From: Psychrobacter sp. DM4
GTDB lineage: Bacteria; Pseudomonadota; Gammaproteobacteria; Pseudomonadales; Moraxellaceae
Assembly (NCBI RefSeq): GCF_051307035.1
Contig: NZ_CP195536.1
Location: 720,001-752,000, forward strand
Direction of reading: 5' to 3'
Length of the DNA stretch: 32,000 nt
The notes under the pieces are model-generated. The model was not told where the DNA came from, searched no databases, and saw only the letters and a list, made by a program, of their open reading frames with translations. Positions 29,105 to 32,000 of the stretch are shown here, in pieces. A program made the translations under genes and the position numbers. The number at the start of each line of letters is the position of its first letter. Position 1 is the stretch's first letter.

Positions 29105-30478
29105 TTAATTAGCAGCTTGGGTAGGTTGTTTAGTAGCAGGCTCATTCGTTGTTTTTGAAGCTTGCTGCGGCGTTTTGGCAGCATTTGCCGATGTTCCAGA
29201 TGACGTAGGGTTGGCATCTTCGAGTGGCTTGGCTACTACCTCTTGATCGGGTTTGACTTTTGCGCCGCCGATAATGACGACTTGATCGCCTGCTTGCAAG
29301 CCATCAGTGATAACCCATTGACCATCAAAGGTGCCGTTGACGGTCACGGGTCGCACTTGAATCTTGTTGTTAGCATCGACGATGTAAACTTGTGTCTCGC
29401 TTTTTGGTGTGCGCATAACCGCACTTTGCGGTAGTAGGGCGGCATTAGTAATGACACTTTGTGTTAAACGCGCCGTCACATACATGCCTGGCAATAATAC
29501 TAAATTATTATTGGGGAAAATAGCACGCAAAGTAACGGCGCCTGTTGCTTGATCTACCTTAGCCTCTGACAACGCAAGACGACCGCGAACTGGGTAGACT
29601 GAACCATCCTCTAATACCAATTCAACCGTATTCATGCCTGCTTCTGCTTTGCCTTGAGCGAGCTGTTGACGCAATTTGAGTAGCTCGGATGAGGACTGAC
29701 TAATGTCAACGTAGATAGGATCAAGACGGGATATCGTAACTAGCGGATTGGTTTGACTGGCGCTTACTAGCGCACCAGCTGTTACGTTAGAGCGTTCAGT
29801 ACGACCTGATATGGGGGCACGTACGATAGTACGGTTCAAGTCCAAAGTGCTAGCGTCCAAGCCTGATTGAGCCGTCTGAATACCTGCTTTTGCACTCTCA
29901 ATACCCGCCTGCGTTTGTCCTACCGCTGCTTGGGCACTTTGTACCGCCGCTTGTGCGGTACGAACCTGTGTCTGTGCTTGATCGTACTGTTGCTTTGAGA
30001 TTGCATCGATACTGACAAGACCCTCTAAGCGCTGCAAATCATTGAGCGCTTGTGCAAGAGACGCTTGACGGCTGGCTAATTCAGCTTTAGCGTTAGCGTT
30101 ATTGGCAAGCGATGTTTGATAGTTTGCTTGCGCCTGTGCTATGGCAGCTTCTCCGCTGGTGATAGACGTTGTGTAGTTGTCAGGGTTTATACGATAAAGC
30201 TCTTGTCCCTTTTTGACGTTACCGCCTTCTTGAAATCTCACCGCATCAATGACCCCATTTACTTGCGGGCGTACATCAGCGGTCTCAAAGGCCGCCGTAC
30301 GACCAGAAAACGTTTGAACTTGAGGCACCGTGCCTAAAGTGACGGTTTGAACATTGACAACAGCAGGCGGCATCTGTTGCTGCGCCGCTGCGGCGTCTTC
30401 ATCTTTTTTGTCACAGCCAACCAGTACAGCTCCAGATAGTACAGCGGCCATTACAAGCGTAAGAGTAGAGTGCTTCAT
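29105..30478 (-). CDS. RND efflux periplasmic adaptor lipoprotein (AcrA/MexA/AdeI-like)
   Basis: The track ORF is extended upstream. The ATG at 30478 has a GAGGA SD and gives MKHSTLTLVMAAVLSGAVLVGC (lipobox LVGC). An HlyD-family coiled-coil hairpin is present, and the tail is Pro/Thr/Gln/Ala-rich. The product is 457 aa. Confidence 0.92.
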   Translation of the reverse strand: MKHSTLTLVMAAVLSGAVLVGCDKKDEDAAAAQQQMPPAVVNVQTVTLGTVPQVQTFSGRTAAFETADVRPQVNGVIDAVRFQEGGNVKKGQELYRINPDNYTTSITSGEAAIAQAQANYQTSLANNANAKAELASRQASLAQALNDLQRLEGLVSIDAISKQQYDQAQTQVRTAQAAVQSAQAAVGQTQAGIESAKAGIQTAQSGLDASTLDLNRTIVRAPISGRTERSNVTAGALVSASQTNPLVTISRLDPIYVDISQSSSELLKLRQQLAQGKAEAGMNTVELVLEDGSVYPVRGRLALSEAKVDQATGAVTLRAIFPNNNLVLLPGMYVTARLTQSVITNAALLPQSAVMRTPKSETQVYIVDANNKIQVRPVTVNGTFDGQWVITDGLQAGDQVVIIGGAKVKPDQEVVAKPLEDANPTSSGTSANAAKTPQQASKTTNEPATKQPTQAAN

Positions 30479-30687
30479 CAAGGTCCTCGTCGATATAGAT
30501 ACGATATAAGTAAAGTGGGCGAACATATAAGTGAGCGTAGATAATCTAATGCTTGACAAGCAGTGGTTGTACCTTTCGCTCGTTAGATGTTGTCTAAGTA
30601 TTGAATTAAAATGGGAGTGAATAAAAAAGTATTCATTATTATAAACTATTGGGTACACCCTATAGTCAAGTCATAAAGAGCGACCTA

Positions 30688-30711
30688 AGCTAAAATCTAT
30701 TTATTTTAGCT
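30688..30711. promoter_or_regulatory. 9-bp perfect inverted repeat in the ispB / RND-operon intergenic region (operator or ispB terminator candidate)
   Basis: agctaaaat-ctattt-attttagct. It lies 210 nt upstream of the adaptor start and 115 nt downstream of the ispB stop. No clear U-tract follows. Confidence 0.3.
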
Positions 30712-30825
30712 ACCTATAGAGCCTATAAGTTGACTTAACAATCAGGCCGTATCAAGGGATAAACAGATTTTACGAACAAATTGTTAACTTTTGTTGTAGA
30801 CGATAATTTTGTCTAAATAGATGTA

Positions 30826-31845
30826 CTAAAGCAGTCGGGCGCTAGCAAGCTCAGTCAATTGATAGAGTCCGAGTCGATAGCGATTATCTGGTAAATCTCT
30901 AAGCGCTTGCTGTGCCAGTCTCGTCTCCTCCAGGGCTCGCGCTGTACAGTAAGCGAGCGCACCTGACTGACGTACTAATTCAATCAGGTGTTCAGCATTT
31001 GGTGTTTTGCCCGTCTGTACCGCTACCCGCAATTGCTCATAACCTTTTTTATCACTGTCTTTTAATAGCTCTAATGCTTTGATTGTTGGCAGGGTAGGTT
31101 TACCTTCACTAAGATCATCACCTAAGTTTTTGCCCATAAGCTCGCTGTCACCACTATAATCAAGCACATCATCAATAATCTGAAAAGCATTACCGAAATG
31201 CTGACCAAAGTCAGAGAGCGCCTGCATATGCTCCTCTTGCCTTTGCAAAATGGCTGCGCCCTGGGTTGCCATCATAAATAGCCGCGAGGTTTTGCCATCG
31301 ATAATGTTGAGATAGTCCGTTTCGGTCGCCGCTGGATTATGCTGATGCTGAAGTTGTAATACTTCTCCCTCTGCAATATCGCAAGTGCCATCAGAGAACA
31401 ACTGTAAAAGAGGCAAGCTTCCAAAACCGACGAGTAGATTAAACGCCCGAGCAATCAGATAATCACCAACGAGCACGGCGGTTGCATTGTCCCACGTCGC
31501 ATTGGCAGTCGGCTTGCCGCGGCGCTGTCCTGACTCGTCAATCACATCATCGTGAACCAAAGTTGCGGTATGTAGCATCTCAGTAATTGCCGCTAAATGC
31601 ATTGCCTGCGTAGAGGGTTCGTCGTTTAGCATCCGCGAGCATAAGAGCGTTATCAGCGGGCGCATACGTTTGCCGCCTGCATTGATAACATGCTGAGAAA
31701 CACTCATTACTAGCTGTACTTTGGAATTTAAGCTGCCAAAAACTTGCTTATCCATAATCTCAAAGTCTGATGCGACTATGTTCTGAATATCACTATAGCT
31801 TGGGGCGGAGGTGGTTTGCGAATTAGATAAAGAGGCATTAGTCAT
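30826..31845 (-). CDS. ispB: Octaprenyl-diphosphate synthase (trans-polyprenyl diphosphate synthase)
   Basis: The track ORF begins at a TTG (31863). The first ATG is at 31845. Both Asp-rich motifs are present (LVHDDVIDES and QIIDDVLDY), and the sequence is collinear with E. coli IspB (GKRMRPLITLL, GEVLQL, GKPTLP). Confidence 0.92.
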   Translation of the reverse strand: MTNASLSNSQTTSAPSYSDIQNIVASDFEIMDKQVFGSLNSKVQLVMSVSQHVINAGGKRMRPLITLLCSRMLNDEPSTQAMHLAAITEMLHTATLVHDDVIDESGQRRGKPTANATWDNATAVLVGDYLIARAFNLLVGFGSLPLLQLFSDGTCDIAEGEVLQLQHQHNPAATETDYLNIIDGKTSRLFMMATQGAAILQRQEEHMQALSDFGQHFGNAFQIIDDVLDYSGDSELMGKNLGDDLSEGKPTLPTIKALELLKDSDKKGYEQLRVAVQTGKTPNAEHLIELVRQSGALAYCTARALEETRLAQQALRDLPDNRYRLGLYQLTELASARLL

Positions 31846-32000
31846 AATCAGTCGTCGTATCAAGGGAGTAAAAACTCATTTATAAAACAAGCTAATAAGA
31901 AGAAAATAGTAAAGTTATAAATTTGCCTATAATAGCATAGCTGTCAAGTCTAATCGCTGTATTAAAAAGACTCATTCAGTGCGCGTGCTCTATTAAATCG

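Noticed and set aside
30479-30658. Upstream extensions of track ORFs. They are the RND adaptor 30479-30658, rep 22515-22583, dienelactone hydrolase 1920-2000, yffB 14540-14590 (GTG), mgtE 20430-20435 (TTG) and ispB 31846-31863 (TTG).
   Set aside because: For the adaptor, dienelactone hydrolase and yffB, the internal ATG has an SD. For rep, mgtE and ispB I saw no good SD at either start and chose the first ATG. The chosen starts give N-termini that match homologues or form proper signal or lipoprotein peptides. The extensions encode implausible sequence such as MYPIVYNNEYFFIHSHF...
31928-31933. A perfect TATAAT on the + strand upstream of ispB, possibly a promoter for a divergent gene beyond the window (rplU-rpmA often lies there).
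   Set aside because: There is no acceptable -35 (aatagt at 17-nt spacing) and the putative target gene is outside the window. A lone hexamer in AT-rich DNA is not evidence.

Overview
This 32-kb window looks like ordinary chromosomal core genome from a moderately AT-rich gammaproteobacterium. The gene orders leuS-lptE-holA and dut-phosphohexomutase-argB, the AcrB/AdeJ-like RND proteins and the frequent low-complexity protein inserts suggest Moraxellaceae, probably Psychrobacter-like. That assignment is inference, not a database result. I can support 21 protein genes and 2 tRNA genes. They are ppc (5' part), a secreted dienelactone-hydrolase-family protein, large-subunit catalase katE, an MBL-fold hydrolase, two identical tRNA-Lys(UUU) genes, macA-macB, holA, lptE, leuS, a yffB-like ArsC-family gene, a small orphan secreted protein, argB, an unusually long phosphomannomutase/phosphoglucomutase, dut, mgtE, rep, hemB, a three-gene RND efflux operon (adaptor, pump, outer-membrane factor) and ispB. 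About 85% of the coding sequence is on the minus strand and tightly packed. I see no integrase, transposase, phage gene, CRISPR array, toxin-antitoxin pair or recognisable defence gene. I could not find a convincing novel multi-gene system, and I do not want to invent one. Six things deserve a second look. (1) The tRNA-Lys locus contains a four-copy repeat whose hairpin shows compensatory base changes. (2) A promoter-plus-terminator module between rep and hemB is oriented opposite to all its neighbours and may encode an sRNA. (3) The efflux outer-membrane factor carries a 102-aa tail, and the RND operon has no adjacent regulator. (4) The 645-aa phosphohexomutase has inserts and a noncanonical catalytic loop. 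(5) A perfect 11-bp palindrome overlaps a TATAAT box in front of the orphan secreted protein. (6) Low-complexity extensions recur in many housekeeping proteins.
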